From: Escherichia coli
Lineage (GTDB): Bacteria > Pseudomonadota > Gammaproteobacteria > Enterobacterales > Enterobacteriaceae
DNA length: 24,000 bases
Assembly: GCF_052063125.1 (NCBI RefSeq)
Contig: NZ_CP178713.1
Reading direction: 5' to 3' (one strand)
Shown: one piece after another, positions 1 to 9,119 of the stretch
How positions within the stretch are numbered: the stretch's first letter is position 1
Layout: the number at the start of each line of letters is the position of its first letter
Notes under the pieces: model-generated
The model's input: only the letters and a program-made list of their open reading frames with translations
Told to the model about the DNA's origin: nothing
The model's database searches: none
Made by a program: the position numbers and the translations under genes

Positions 1-858
1 GTGACTGATCTTCACCAAACGTATTACCGCCAGGTAAAGAACCCGAATCCGGTGTTTACACCCCGTGAAGGTGCAGGAACGCTGAAGTTCTGCGAAAAAC
101 TGATGGAAAAGGCGGTGGGCTTCACTTCCCGTTTTGATTTCGCCATTCATGTGGCGCATGCCCGTTCGCGTGGTCTGCGTCGACGCATGCCACCGGTGCT
201 GCGTCGACGGGCTATTGATGCGCTCCTGCAGGGGCTGTGTTTCCACTATGACCCGCTGGCCAACCGCGTCCAGTGCTCCATCACCACGCTGGCCATTGAG
301 TGCGGACTGGCGACGGAGTCTGCTGCCGGAAAACTCTCCATCACCCGTGCCACCCGTGCCCTGACGTTCCTGTCAGAGCTGGGACTGATTACCTACCAGA
401 CGGAATATGACCCGCTTATCGGGTGCTACATTCCGACCGACATCACGTTCACACCGGCTCTGTTTGCTGCCCTTGATGTGTCTGAGGATGCAGTGGCAGC
501 TGCGCGCCGCAGTCGTGTTGAATGGGAAAACAAACAGCGCAAAAAGCAGGGGCTGGATACCCTGGGTATGGATGAACTGATAGCGAAAGCCTGGCGTTTT
601 GTGCGTGAGCGTTTCCGCAGTTACCAGACAGAGCTTAAGTCCCGTGGAATAAAGCGTGCCCGTGCGCGTCGTGATGCGAACAGGGAACGTCAGGATATCG
701 TCACCCTGGTGAAACGGCAGCTGACGCGTGAAATCTCGGAAGGGCGCTTCACTGCCAATCGTGAGGCGGTAAAACGCGAAGTGGAGCGTCGTGTGAAAGA
801 GCGCATGATTCTGTCACGTAACCGCAATTACAGCCGGCTGGCCACAGCTTCCCCCTGA
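1..858 (+). CDS. repA: IncFII (RepFIIA) replication initiation protein RepA, 285 aa, GTG start at base 1
   Basis: Translation [41 protein letters not shown]...[14 protein letters not shown] matches the R1/R100 RepA family over its full length. Confidence 0.96.
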   Translation: MTDLHQTYYRQVKNPNPVFTPREGAGTLKFCEKLMEKAVGFTSRFDFAIHVAHARSRGLRRRMPPVLRRRAIDALLQGLCFHYDPLANRVQCSITTLAIECGLATESAAGKLSITRATRALTFLSELGLITYQTEYDPLIGCYIPTDITFTPALFAALDVSEDAVAAARRSRVEWENKQRKKQGLDTLGMDELIAKAWRFVRERFRSYQTELKSRGIKRARARRDANRERQDIVTLVKRQLTREISEGRFTANREAVKREVERRVKERMILSRNRNYSRLATASP

Positions 859-1020
859 ACCTGACCTCCTCTGAATAATCCGGCCCGCGCCGGAGGCTTC
901 CGCACGTCTGAAGCCCGACAGCGCACAAAAAATCAGCACCACATACAAAAAACAATCTCATCATCCAGCTTCTGGTGCATCCTGTCCCCCTGTTTTTGAT
1001 GCAAAACACGTCTCACAGAC

Positions 1021-1200
1021 GGGCAATTTTGTTTATCCACATTAAACTGCAAGGGACTTCGCCGTAAGGTTACAATCGTTCATGTCATAAAGCGCCAGCC
1101 GTCAGCCTTACAGGGTGCAATGTATCTTTTAAACACCTGTTTATATCTCCTTTAAACTACTTAATTACATTCATTTAAAAAGAAAACCTATTCACTGCCT
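1021..1200 (+). other. oriR: IncFII-type oriR region with DnaA box TTATCCACA (1033-1041)
   Basis: TTTATCCACATTAAACTGCAAGGGACTTCGCCGTAAGGTTACAATCGTTCATGTCATAAAGCG lies downstream of repA, as in the R1/R100 origin arrangement; AT-rich tracts follow. Confidence 0.85.
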
Positions 1201-1689
1201 GTCCTGTGGACAGACAGATATGCACCTCCCGCCGCAAGCGGCGGGCCCCGACCGGAGCCATTTTAGTTACAACACTCAAATACAACCACCAGGAAAACCC
1301 CGGTCCCGCGCAGAACTGAAACCACAAAGCCCCTCCCTCATAACTGAAAAGCGGCCCCGCCCCGGCCCTTCGGGCCGGAACAGAGTCGCTTTTAATTATG
1401 AATGTTGTAACTATACTCAATCATGGCTGTCAGTCTTCTCGCTGAAAGTATTGAGTACACGCTCGTAAGCGGCCCTGACGGCCCGCTAACGCGGAGATAC
1501 GCCCCGACTTCGGGTAAACCCTCGTCGGGACCACTCCGACCGCGCACAGAAGCTTTATCATGGCTGAAAGCGGATATGGCCTAGCAGGGCGGGGATGGGA
1601 TTGGCAAAATCTATCAATCAGTACCGGCTTACGCCGGGCTTCGGCGGTTTTACTCCGGTATCATATGTAACCACAGCGTGCCGCCTTCC

Positions 1690-1750
1690 ATGCCGCTGAC
1701 GCGGCATATCCTGGTGACGATATCTGAATCGTCATATACTGTGTATATAC
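1690..1750 (+). promoter_or_regulatory. Two perfect inverted repeats upstream of the RHH ORF: ATGCCGC-TGAC-GCGGCAT (1690-1707) and TGACGAT-ATCTGA-ATCGTCA (1715-1734), plus palindrome GTATATAC (1743-1750)
   Basis: Read directly; position upstream of an RHH-type gene suggests operator sites. Confidence 0.5.
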
Positions 1751-1771
1751 GTAGTAATGACGAGGTGATAA

Positions 1772-1978
1772 ATGGCACAGGTTAATATGAGTTTAAGAAT
1801 CGACGCTGAACTGAAGGATGCTTTTATGGCCGCTGCAAAAAGCATGGATCGTAATGGCTCCCAGTTAATCAGGGATTTTATGCGCCAGACCGTTGAACGG
1901 CAGCATAATACCTGGTTCCGTGACCAGGTCTGGGCAGACAGCCTCGGTACTAACCATCTGTTACCGATGTCACGCTGA
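1772..1978 (+). CDS. Short ribbon-helix-helix (RelB/DinJ-like) antitoxin-type protein, 68 aa, possibly C-terminally truncated, no toxin gene next to it
   Basis: MAQVNMSLRIDAELKDAFMAAAKSMDRNGSQLIRDFMRQTVE has a typical RHH pattern; the divergent tail ends in WADSLGTNHLLPMSR. Confidence 0.65.
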   Translation: MAQVNMSLRIDAELKDAFMAAAKSMDRNGSQLIRDFMRQTVERQHNTWFRDQVWADSLGTNHLLPMSR

Positions 1979-2159
1979 TAGAACATCGATTAAAAAGGCA
2001 CTATTTTAAAGACATTTTTCTATGTCAATTATGTCTTGATATATCAGACTGTTATTTCACTAGTGTACGTTTCCGTTCCATTGAGCTTCATCCTCCTAGG
2101 TAAAACACATGATAGCTTCTATAGTGGAAAAACTTTTGAAATGACACGGAAAAAGAACT

Positions 2160-4847
2160 ATGTCGGTAGGATCACGCTGGTACAAATTTGATTTTCATAA
2201 CCATACGCCTGCTTCGGATGATTACGGGATTTCAGGCGTCACTCCCAGAGACTGGCTTCTGGCTTACATGCGGCAACAGGTCGACTGTGTTGTCATCAGC
2301 GATCATAATAGTGGCGCATGGGTCGACACGTTGAAAGATGAATTGGAGCGGATGCGCCAGGAAGCGACTACCTGTGGCTTGCCTGGCTTTCGCCCTCTGA
2401 CTTTGTTCCCTGGAGTGGAACTGACCGCTACCGGAAATGTCCATATCCTGGCCATACTGCACACGCAAAGCACCAGTGCCGATGTAGAGAGACTTATCGG
2501 CCAGTGCAACAATAACTGTCCCATCCCGCGAGATGTTTATAATCACCAGCTTGTTCTTCAGTTGGGTTCTGCTGGTATTATCAACGTTATCCGCCGTAAT
2601 CCGGAGGCTTTGTGTATACTTGCGCACATCGACGCACCTAAAGGGGTGTTAAAAAGCCTGACTAATCAGGGCGAACTTGAAGCGGCTTTTCGCGAAAAAC
2701 CCCATGCGGTGGAGATCCGGCACAGTGCGGTCAATATTACTGACGGTACCCACAAACGTCTTATCCAGGATCTACCGTGGCTTCGGGGCTCTGATGCACA
2801 TCATACTGATAATGCAGGTGTACGAACCTGTTGGCTGAAGATGTCTTCACCTGATTTCTACGGTCTCAAGCATGCATTGCTCGATCCGGAGAATTGCGTA
2901 TTGTTTGACAAAAAACCGCCAGAGAATCCGGCTTCACATCTGCGTAGCCTGAAGTTCAGAACCCGCCACTGTCGTCCTGCTGAGCAGGAGGCAGCTATTG
3001 TGGAATTCAGTCCGTTTTATAACGCCGTTATTGGCTCCCGAGGTAGCGGTAAATCTACGCTCATCGAAAGCATTCGTCTTGCTATGCGAAAAAACGAAGG
3101 ATTAACCCAGGGGCAGAGTAAAAAGCTGGAACAGTTCAGTCGAATAGGGGGGGGAATGGATGCTGACTCCTTCATTGAATGTGTGTACCGCAAAGACGGC
3201 ACTGATTTCAGACTTAGCTGGCGGCCTGATGGTAACCATGACTTACATATTTTCAGCGAAGGAGAATGGGTTCCTGACAGTCACTGGTCGGCCGACCGTT
3301 TTCCACTCTCGATCTACAGCCAGAAAATGCTTTATGAACTGGCCTCAGACTCCGGAGCATTCTTGCGCGTTTGTGACGAGAGTCCGGTTGTCAACAAACG
3401 GGCTTGGAAAGAACGTTGGGATCAGCTGGAAAGGGATTATCTAAATGAGCAAATTACGCTGCGTGGCTATCTGGCTAGGAAGGTGAGTGCGGGGGCGCTG
3501 CAGGGGGAGTTATCCGATGCTGAACGCGCCGTCAGTCAGTTGCAGTCAAGTGCATACTATCCAGTTTGCACCAGACTGGCTGTAGCCCGGGCTGAACTGT
3601 CAGCAGCAACCACCTCCCTTGAGTTATATGAGCAACGTATTGCGGCCCTGCTGGCGTTGTTGGAGGAACCTCTGCCGGTTTCAGTAACTCCGTTGGCACC
3701 GTCCGAGTCGCTGGCGGTATTTATGACGCACCTGTCGTCCGTACAACAAAATTATGGCCAGCGTCTCCACGCCCTTCTGACAGAATGTGCCACTGAACTT
3801 AGCGCCGTCAGGGCAGATAATCCTTTTGTAACTCTCGGGGAAACCGTTCGTGATCAGGAGGTGAATGTTGAGCATGAGGCTGTTGCTCTGCGGGCTCAGG
3901 GACTTAATCCGGATGTACTTAACGAGCTGATGGAGCGTTGTGAGTCGTTGAAGAATGAGCTTAAAAACTACGACGGCCTTGATGGAATGATCACCACCTC
4001 GGTGGCTCGTTCGGAGCAGTTGCTGGCTGAAATGCGCACTCATCGGATGGCGTTGACAGAAAACCGAAAGGCATTCTTGTCTTCTCTGTCACTTAGCGAT
4101 CTGGACATCAAGATTCTGCCTCTTTGCGCGCCCCATGAGGATATTCTGGCTGACTATCAGGCTGTTACCGGCATCAGCAGTTTTGTCGAACGTATCTACG
4201 ATCACGATAACGAAAGTGGGTTGCTTTACGATTTCATCAGTGAGCGTCCGTTCTCTCCGTTGCCGGCCGCAACGGAGAGGAAATATGCGTTACTGGATGA
4301 ACTTAAAGCGTTGCACTTTGCTATCCGCTCCGAGGATACTGGGGTTGGGGGGGGGCTTCATGGTACCTTCAGAAATCGTCTTAAGGCGTTGAATGACGGA
4401 CAGCTTGATGCCCTGCAATGCTGGTATCCGGATGACGGCATTCACATCCGTTATCGGACTCCCGGAGGGCAGATGGAAGACATTTCTTCTGCTTCCCCAG
4501 GACAAAAAGGAGCGAGCATGCTGCAATTCCTGTTGTCTTATGGCACCGATCCACTTCTGCTCGATCAGCCGGAGGACGACCTGGACTGCTTGATGCTGAG
4601 CTCGGGGGTGATCCCTGCCATCATGTCGAATAAGAAACGCCGGCAGCTGATTATCGTGTCTCATTCTGCACCGATCGTGGTGAATGGTGATGCGGAATAC
4701 GTTATCAGTATGAAACATGATCGTACAGGTCTGTATCCGGGACTTTGTGGATCGCTTCAGGAGACGCCGATGAAGGCACTTATTTGTCGGCAAATGGAAG
4801 GTGGTGAAAAAGCATTCCGTTCGCGATATGAGCGTATTCTCAGTTAA
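2160..4847 (+). CDS. PHP-domain / ABC-type (SMC-like) ATPase fusion, 895 aa, TrlF-like family; putative defence protein
   Basis: PHP motifs: FDFHNHTPASDD, CVVISDHNS, ILAHIDAPKG, LRGSDAHH. ABC ATPase motifs: Walker A NAVIGSRGSGKSTLIES, signature SSASPGQKGASML, Walker B PLLLDQPEDDLD, H-loop IIVSHSAPIVV. Confidence 0.85.
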   Translation: MSVGSRWYKFDFHNHTPASDDYGISGVTPRDWLLAYMRQQVDCVVISDHNSGAWVDTLKDELERMRQEATTCGLPGFRPLTLFPGVELTATGNVHILAILHTQSTSADVERLIGQCNNNCPIPRDVYNHQLVLQLGSAGIINVIRRNPEALCILAHIDAPKGVLKSLTNQGELEAAFREKPHAVEIRHSAVNITDGTHKRLIQDLPWLRGSDAHHTDNAGVRTCWLKMSSPDFYGLKHALLDPENCVLFDKKPPENPASHLRSLKFRTRHCRPAEQEAAIVEFSPFYNAVIGSRGSGKSTLIESIRLAMRKNEGLTQGQSKKLEQFSRIGGGMDADSFIECVYRKDGTDFRLSWRPDGNHDLHIFSEGEWVPDSHWSADRFPLSIYSQKMLYELASDSGAFLRVCDESPVVNKRAWKERWDQLERDYLNEQITLRGYLARKVSAGALQGELSDAERAVSQLQSSAYYPVCTRLAVARAELSAATTSLELYEQRIAALLALLEEPLPVSVTPLAPSESLAVFMTHLSSVQQNYGQRLHALLTECATELSAVRADNPFVTLGETVRDQEVNVEHEAVALRAQGLNPDVLNELMERCESLKNELKNYDGLDGMITTSVARSEQLLAEMRTHRMALTENRKAFLSSLSLSDLDIKILPLCAPHEDILADYQAVTGISSFVERIYDHDNESGLLYDFISERPFSPLPAATERKYALLDELKALHFAIRSEDTGVGGGLHGTFRNRLKALNDGQLDALQCWYPDDGIHIRYRTPGGQMEDISSASPGQKGASMLQFLLSYGTDPLLLDQPEDDLDCLMLSSGVIPAIMSNKKRRQLIIVSHSAPIVVNGDAEYVISMKHDRTGLYPGLCGSLQETPMKALICRQMEGGEKAFRSRYERILS

Positions 4848-5040
4848 AGAACTGAACTGCTCCGCGACTGAAATCCCTGGAAAGATGGCTATGTGAAAAG
4901 GTGAAAACGCTGTCGCGACACTCAGAACTGGCGCTAACACTAAATATCAAGTTACTTTTGTGACTGAGAAACCCCAGAAAATAAGTCCCTTACTCGAAAC
5001 AGCCTGCGAGGAAGGTCTGGTCAGGTATGATGATGATTTA

Positions 5041-5229
5041 GCGAGCACCCTGTAAACTTGGTAGCGGGAAAGTGCTTTTTCTCAAGAAGGAGGATATCAA
5101 ATACCTTCCGATCTCGCAGGCGTACTTTATACTGAGCTTGATGAACATGGTGGATGGAAACGCAAACTGCTGAGCGAACTGGCGTATGTCGGTGTTCTTT
5201 TTGATAAAGAAAAGGCGTTTATCGCCTGA
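5041..5229 (+). pseudogene. C-terminal remnant resembling a TIR-like/Cap12-type nucleotide-binding domain protein, frameshifted
   Basis: One frame reads ...GKVLFLKKEDIKYLP and the next reads IPSDLAGVLYTELDEHGGWKRKLLSELAYVGVLFDKEKAFIA*, resembling the usual 'VLYxxGVExPSDxxGVLYIxLDxxGxWKxxLAxELKxAG' ending of that family. Confidence 0.45.
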
Positions 5230-5243
5230 TTCTGTTCATTTTA

Positions 5244-5267
5244 TAAAAAAAGGCCCGCTATGGGCCT
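5244..5267 (-). terminator. Rho-independent terminator downstream of the KAP NTPase gene
   Basis: On the minus strand AGGCCC-ATAGC-GGGCCT is followed by TTTTTTTATAA. Confidence 0.7.
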
Positions 5268-5350
5268 ATGAGACAGCGTATGGAGAAGTATACAATCCGC
5301 CTTAGCTTAGTTGGTTTTCTCGGTTGCTCTTTCCTGAGCAGATATAGTGA

Positions 5351-7597
5351 TTATCGGGGAATGCCTGGAGAGTCGAGTTCGATAGCTTTCCTTACCTTAC
5401 TGGTCAGTTCAGTCCACTGCCCTTTAGCTTCAATTTTAGCTAATCTCTTCAGAATATATTCTTCTCCGCCAAAGAATTCACCCAGGCTACTAAGCTTCAG
5501 TCCCTGGTAATGGCCAATATTAGTCCGGATACCGTCATAATGCAGCCGCAGCAGGATCTTGAGAAAAACATCATCCTTGTCGGTTGTTACTGAGGTTAGC
5601 CACGCCGCAACAGATTTGGTGGTGCTGATTTCCTGCCAGGCATACACCAAATCATTCAGTTCCCCATTCGCCAGAATCACTTCTTGGTTATCTGGATTTT
5701 CCAGCCATTCTGCAGCCTGTTGACACAAATGTCTTAAATCATCATCACCGAGTATCCTTTTATCCTGTGGTATGGGGCGCGTACCGACCAGACCATTTTG
5801 CCAGAGAAGATGACGAAGATATGTTATGGCCCAGCTGAACGCCTGCTGATCTTGCAGGGCACGACTCAAACAGTCGATACCCTCTTTGGCGCTGGCCTTA
5901 GGGATAAGTTGAAAAAGCCTGTCCGCCAGATCTGTCAACCCTACCGACTCCAGTCTCATGAGCCCACCGCGCTGTCGATAATACCTGGAGATCTTTGTGC
6001 CATTAATGAATATAAAGCGTAGTAATCCCAAGCATTGTGCGGGAGTTGCCTGGGAGAGCATTTCCATGGTGAGCCTGCTAATAATGTGTTCAAACCATGT
6101 CAGTGAGGATAAACCTGCTTCTTCCAGCTCACCCAAGAGAAGTTCGCTTAGCTCACGCTGACGGTCAGGATCGCCTGCCAACATGAGCAACCGGTTGAAA
6201 AAGTCTGGCGAACGGACATCCCCCGGGGCAGTAAAAGCAAAATAAAAGCGCCAGTAAAAAACACTACGAAGTCTTCTGTTTGTGTCATGTTCCGTTTGGT
6301 GCTGTTCTGGATATAGTTTGAAGAGAACAATATTGCCCTCTTTCTCTTCCTCGATTCCGGGCAACCATTTAGCAAGTTCGGTCACGGACAACGTTGACAC
6401 AGGAGGTAATTCGGAGAGTAATTTTTGTAGTTCTGACGTCAGAGCGTCTTTCTTCCGAGCCAAAGCCGATCCGATTTTGGAGGCGAAAACAGCGTATTCA
6501 GTTAAGTAGCGTTCTACCCAGAGATACAGATCGGGTAACGTAACCCGGAGTAGTTGCAGCAGACAGAGGTCCGGGAACCAGACGTGTTCCCGGATGCTTC
6601 CGTAGCGAAATGTCAGGCTATTCAGTACCAGCCTGACTTCCCGGGGGGTAGTCAGGGCAGCCCCGAAGTGTTCAGTAACGGATTTTAGATCCCGATACAG
6701 AGCGAAATCAGGTGGTGCGCCATTAACGTAGGTATAGAGTTTCACGGCGCCGGCCAGGAACTCCCGCCGGAGATCGAAAGACTCCGGTAGTGGAATACTG
6801 AATGAAAGCGGGATAATTTTCTGGAGGTAGGCTCTGCCGTCGGTTACTCCCAGCCCGTGCTCAATGGCATGGCCGAGTACTATGGGATCGTAGCACATGA
6901 CATAGTGAAATCCGGAAAAGTCCGCCACGGAGCGAATCAGGCGCAGCACTTCGACGGCCTGGGCTGGTTCCAGTCTGTCAAGATCGTCGAGCACCACAAT
7001 AAAATTGACTTTCAGATGGGTCATTTTATTTTCTATCTCATCTCTCAATTCGGCGGTGGTTTTCCGCCGGGCAGACAGATTCGTGGAAGAAACCGTTTTC
7101 AGACCACTGGCGACAAAACCTGCACCGGGAATCCAGTTACCAGCGAACTCTGCCAGTGGTGCTATCTGGCCGGACGCCTGTTGTGCGTAACGAAGCATGT
7201 CGTTGGCGAGAGGGGACGTTTTTTTCCGCAGCTGGCGGTACTTTCTGTGCAACCAGCACAATTCCTTTGCGTCCTCCTCATCAAGGATTGCAGCCACCGG
7301 TGTGAGCAGACTGTCGACGGTACATTTCCCGGAGGAACTGAGCCAGGGGGAAATTTTCAGGACGTGAGTTTTTGGTGGGATAAGCGGAACCATTTTTTCC
7401 AGCAACAGATTTAGCAGGCTGGTTTTACCTGCTCCCCATTTCCCTTCGATACCGATCACCGTACTGATATTTCTGTCCATACTGACGATGCTGTGTGCAA
7501 GTTTTTCCGCTAGGATACCGAAACCGTAACGATCTTCTTCCATCTTTGTGATAGGACTATCGTTGCCATCCATATGCTGTTCTCTGACATCACTCAT
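5351..7597 (-). CDS. KAP-family P-loop NTPase, up to 748 aa
   Basis: Walker A STVIGIEGKWGAGKTSLLNLL, Walker B NFIVVLDDLDRLEPAQAVEVLRLIRSVADFSGFHYVMCYD, DxxLDR-type KAP motif. Confidence 0.9.
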   Translation of the reverse strand: MSDVREQHMDGNDSPITKMEEDRYGFGILAEKLAHSIVSMDRNISTVIGIEGKWGAGKTSLLNLLLEKMVPLIPPKTHVLKISPWLSSSGKCTVDSLLTPVAAILDEEDAKELCWLHRKYRQLRKKTSPLANDMLRYAQQASGQIAPLAEFAGNWIPGAGFVASGLKTVSSTNLSARRKTTAELRDEIENKMTHLKVNFIVVLDDLDRLEPAQAVEVLRLIRSVADFSGFHYVMCYDPIVLGHAIEHGLGVTDGRAYLQKIIPLSFSIPLPESFDLRREFLAGAVKLYTYVNGAPPDFALYRDLKSVTEHFGAALTTPREVRLVLNSLTFRYGSIREHVWFPDLCLLQLLRVTLPDLYLWVERYLTEYAVFASKIGSALARKKDALTSELQKLLSELPPVSTLSVTELAKWLPGIEEEKEGNIVLFKLYPEQHQTEHDTNRRLRSVFYWRFYFAFTAPGDVRSPDFFNRLLMLAGDPDRQRELSELLLGELEEAGLSSLTWFEHIISRLTMEMLSQATPAQCLGLLRFIFINGTKISRYYRQRGGLMRLESVGLTDLADRLFQLIPKASAKEGIDCLSRALQDQQAFSWAITYLRHLLWQNGLVGTRPIPQDKRILGDDDLRHLCQQAAEWLENPDNQEVILANGELNDLVYAWQEISTTKSVAAWLTSVTTDKDDVFLKILLRLHYDGIRTNIGHYQGLKLSSLGEFFGGEEYILKRLAKIEAKGQWTELTSKVRKAIELDSPGIPR

Positions 7598-7598
7598 A

Positions 7599-8702
7599 TC
7601 ACAAATCCCCGTACAGACAGCGCAGGCCGGTCAGGGCTTTCGCCAGGGGGCCTTCCTGGCATTTCACCGTGAGCTCACTTACCAGTTCCTCAAAGGCCTC
7701 TGCCGGCATAAAAATCCGCAGGCCGTCTATTCCGAAGAATCCCTCTGCCGTTACGTGTCCGGGTGGAGAGAGCATTACATGCTCGCCCTGATGGCCGTGT
7801 GCCAGAGCTTCAGGATGACGGGCATAAAGCGTGAACAGGCCCAGCAGTTCAGAGAATACTTCCCAGCCGTACGGCACCACAAAATCCTGGCCGGTGATGA
7901 GCAGGTGCAGACGGGGTGTATTGTACCAGGCACCCGGACGCTCGCCGGGATGCTGGCCGTCAATGCGGATATCGAGGCGAAGCGTGCCGGCTTCGACGGT
8001 TTCCGTCACGACCGGGATCACCGGGCGCAGATCCTGTGCGAGGGCTGTGGCTTTGTCTGTAGTCCAGTCCAGCCCGCGCAGGACTAGGGGAAATATGGTA
8101 TTCAGCCGCGGCAGGGTAAAAATTTCCGCCAGGACCGCGTCTGGAACCTCCGTAAGTTCAAAGCAGCCGCTCGCCAGCGGGCGCAGCAGGTGCTCGGCAT
8201 ACATCTGATCCACAACAGGACGCAGATCTGCCAGGAACCGGTCAAACTCTTCCGTCCAGTTTTTTCCTGCCAGGCGGAAGATCCCCTTCAGGTAGTGGCC
8301 ATCCACCGGACGCTCATGCTCTATCTGCCAGGCCAGCAGGTCATGGGTGATATCGAGCAGCGTGCCCAGAGCCGGCAGGGTGGCCAGCCTGTTATGCCCG
8401 CGCAGGAAGGCTTCCCGGGTATGAGCCAGCATAAAACGCAACTCGTCGCGGGAGAACGCTGACGTGCCGAAGGTCTGGCCAAGAATGATGTGCCGGTACA
8501 GCTGCCGGACTGTGGCCTCCGGATCGGCAATAAGCTGAAAATACCCGTCGCCGGGCGCGACCGTTTTCAGGCCATCATCAAGGAAGCGTTCGGCTAGGGG
8601 GTTGACCGAAGTATTTTCGCGACCGGCACGCACTTTCAGCGCCTCGATCAGTTTTTTGTGAAAACGCAAGTTAAGCTGGCTGAGCATCATCGTTCCTTTC
8701 AT
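7599..8702 (-). CDS. Uncharacterised protein, up to 367 aa, with possible RHH-like N-terminus; abuts the KAP NTPase gene
   Basis: LNLRFHKKLIEALKVRAGRENTSVNPLAERFLDDGLKTV resembles an RHH segment; the stop lies 1-2 nt upstream of the downstream start, which implies translational coupling. Confidence 0.75.
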   Translation of the reverse strand: MKGTMMLSQLNLRFHKKLIEALKVRAGRENTSVNPLAERFLDDGLKTVAPGDGYFQLIADPEATVRQLYRHIILGQTFGTSAFSRDELRFMLAHTREAFLRGHNRLATLPALGTLLDITHDLLAWQIEHERPVDGHYLKGIFRLAGKNWTEEFDRFLADLRPVVDQMYAEHLLRPLASGCFELTEVPDAVLAEIFTLPRLNTIFPLVLRGLDWTTDKATALAQDLRPVIPVVTETVEAGTLRLDIRIDGQHPGERPGAWYNTPRLHLLITGQDFVVPYGWEVFSELLGLFTLYARHPEALAHGHQGEHVMLSPPGHVTAEGFFGIDGLRIFMPAEAFEELVSELTVKCQEGPLAKALTGLRCLYGDL

Positions 8703-8719
8703 GTTTGCTTTGTTTATTA

Positions 8720-8732
8720 TGCTAACCTAGCA
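8720..8732 (-). promoter_or_regulatory. Perfect inverted repeat TGCTA-ACC-TAGCA next to the promoter/start region of the 367-aa gene
   Basis: TGCTAACCTAGCA read directly, about 18 bp upstream of the minus-strand start at 8702; it may also control the divergent ORF. Confidence 0.45.
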
Positions 8733-8757
8733 CTAATATCATGTGCTATTTCAGGCA

Positions 8758-9116
8758 TGATTTCGGTGCTCACCGATAAGATAGAGGCAATTGGCTCGAC
8801 TAAAGAGCAGGCCTTGGAAACTCTGGGCCTGTCGTCCGGGGGCGATACCAAGGATATTTTTCTGCGGCAGGTCGTCCAGCAGATGTCACATATTGATCAC
8901 CTGCTGAAAAAGGACTGGTACCTTCTGGACACCAGGCCAGAACGTCCGTTTTACGTATCAGATAATCCAGTCGTGCTTAAGAACAGTAATGACTTCGGTC
9001 CGTACGGTAATCTTGGTCTAGCCGTTCGCGGGATACAGATTTACCTCCCCTGTCATCGACGCTGATGCTGGCCATGTATTGCCCCTCCATCCGTGAACAG
9101 ATGATTCGTCAAAAGC
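8758..9116 (+). pseudogene. DUF4238-like protein fragment, frameshifted near 9050 and fused to colicin remnant sequence
   Basis: ...LLDTRPERPFYVSDNPVVLKNSNDFGPYGNLGLAVRGIQIYLP, then frame loss; the adjacent frame continues LSSTLMLAMYCPSIREQMIRQ. Confidence 0.6.
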
Positions 9117-9119
9117 AGT

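Noticed and set aside
1-858. Possible truncation of repA at the window edge
   Set aside because: Translation starts with the known N-terminus [11 protein letters not shown] at base 1, so the CDS is complete; only copA/repA2 and upstream control lie outside.
4290-4940. 216-aa minus-strand ORF inside the PHP-ATPase gene
   Set aside because: Overlaps the conserved ATPase motifs on the other strand; no plausible start context or domain.
6857-7414. 185-aa plus-strand ORF opposite the KAP NTPase
   Set aside because: Antisense to Walker A/B coding region; no recognisable family.
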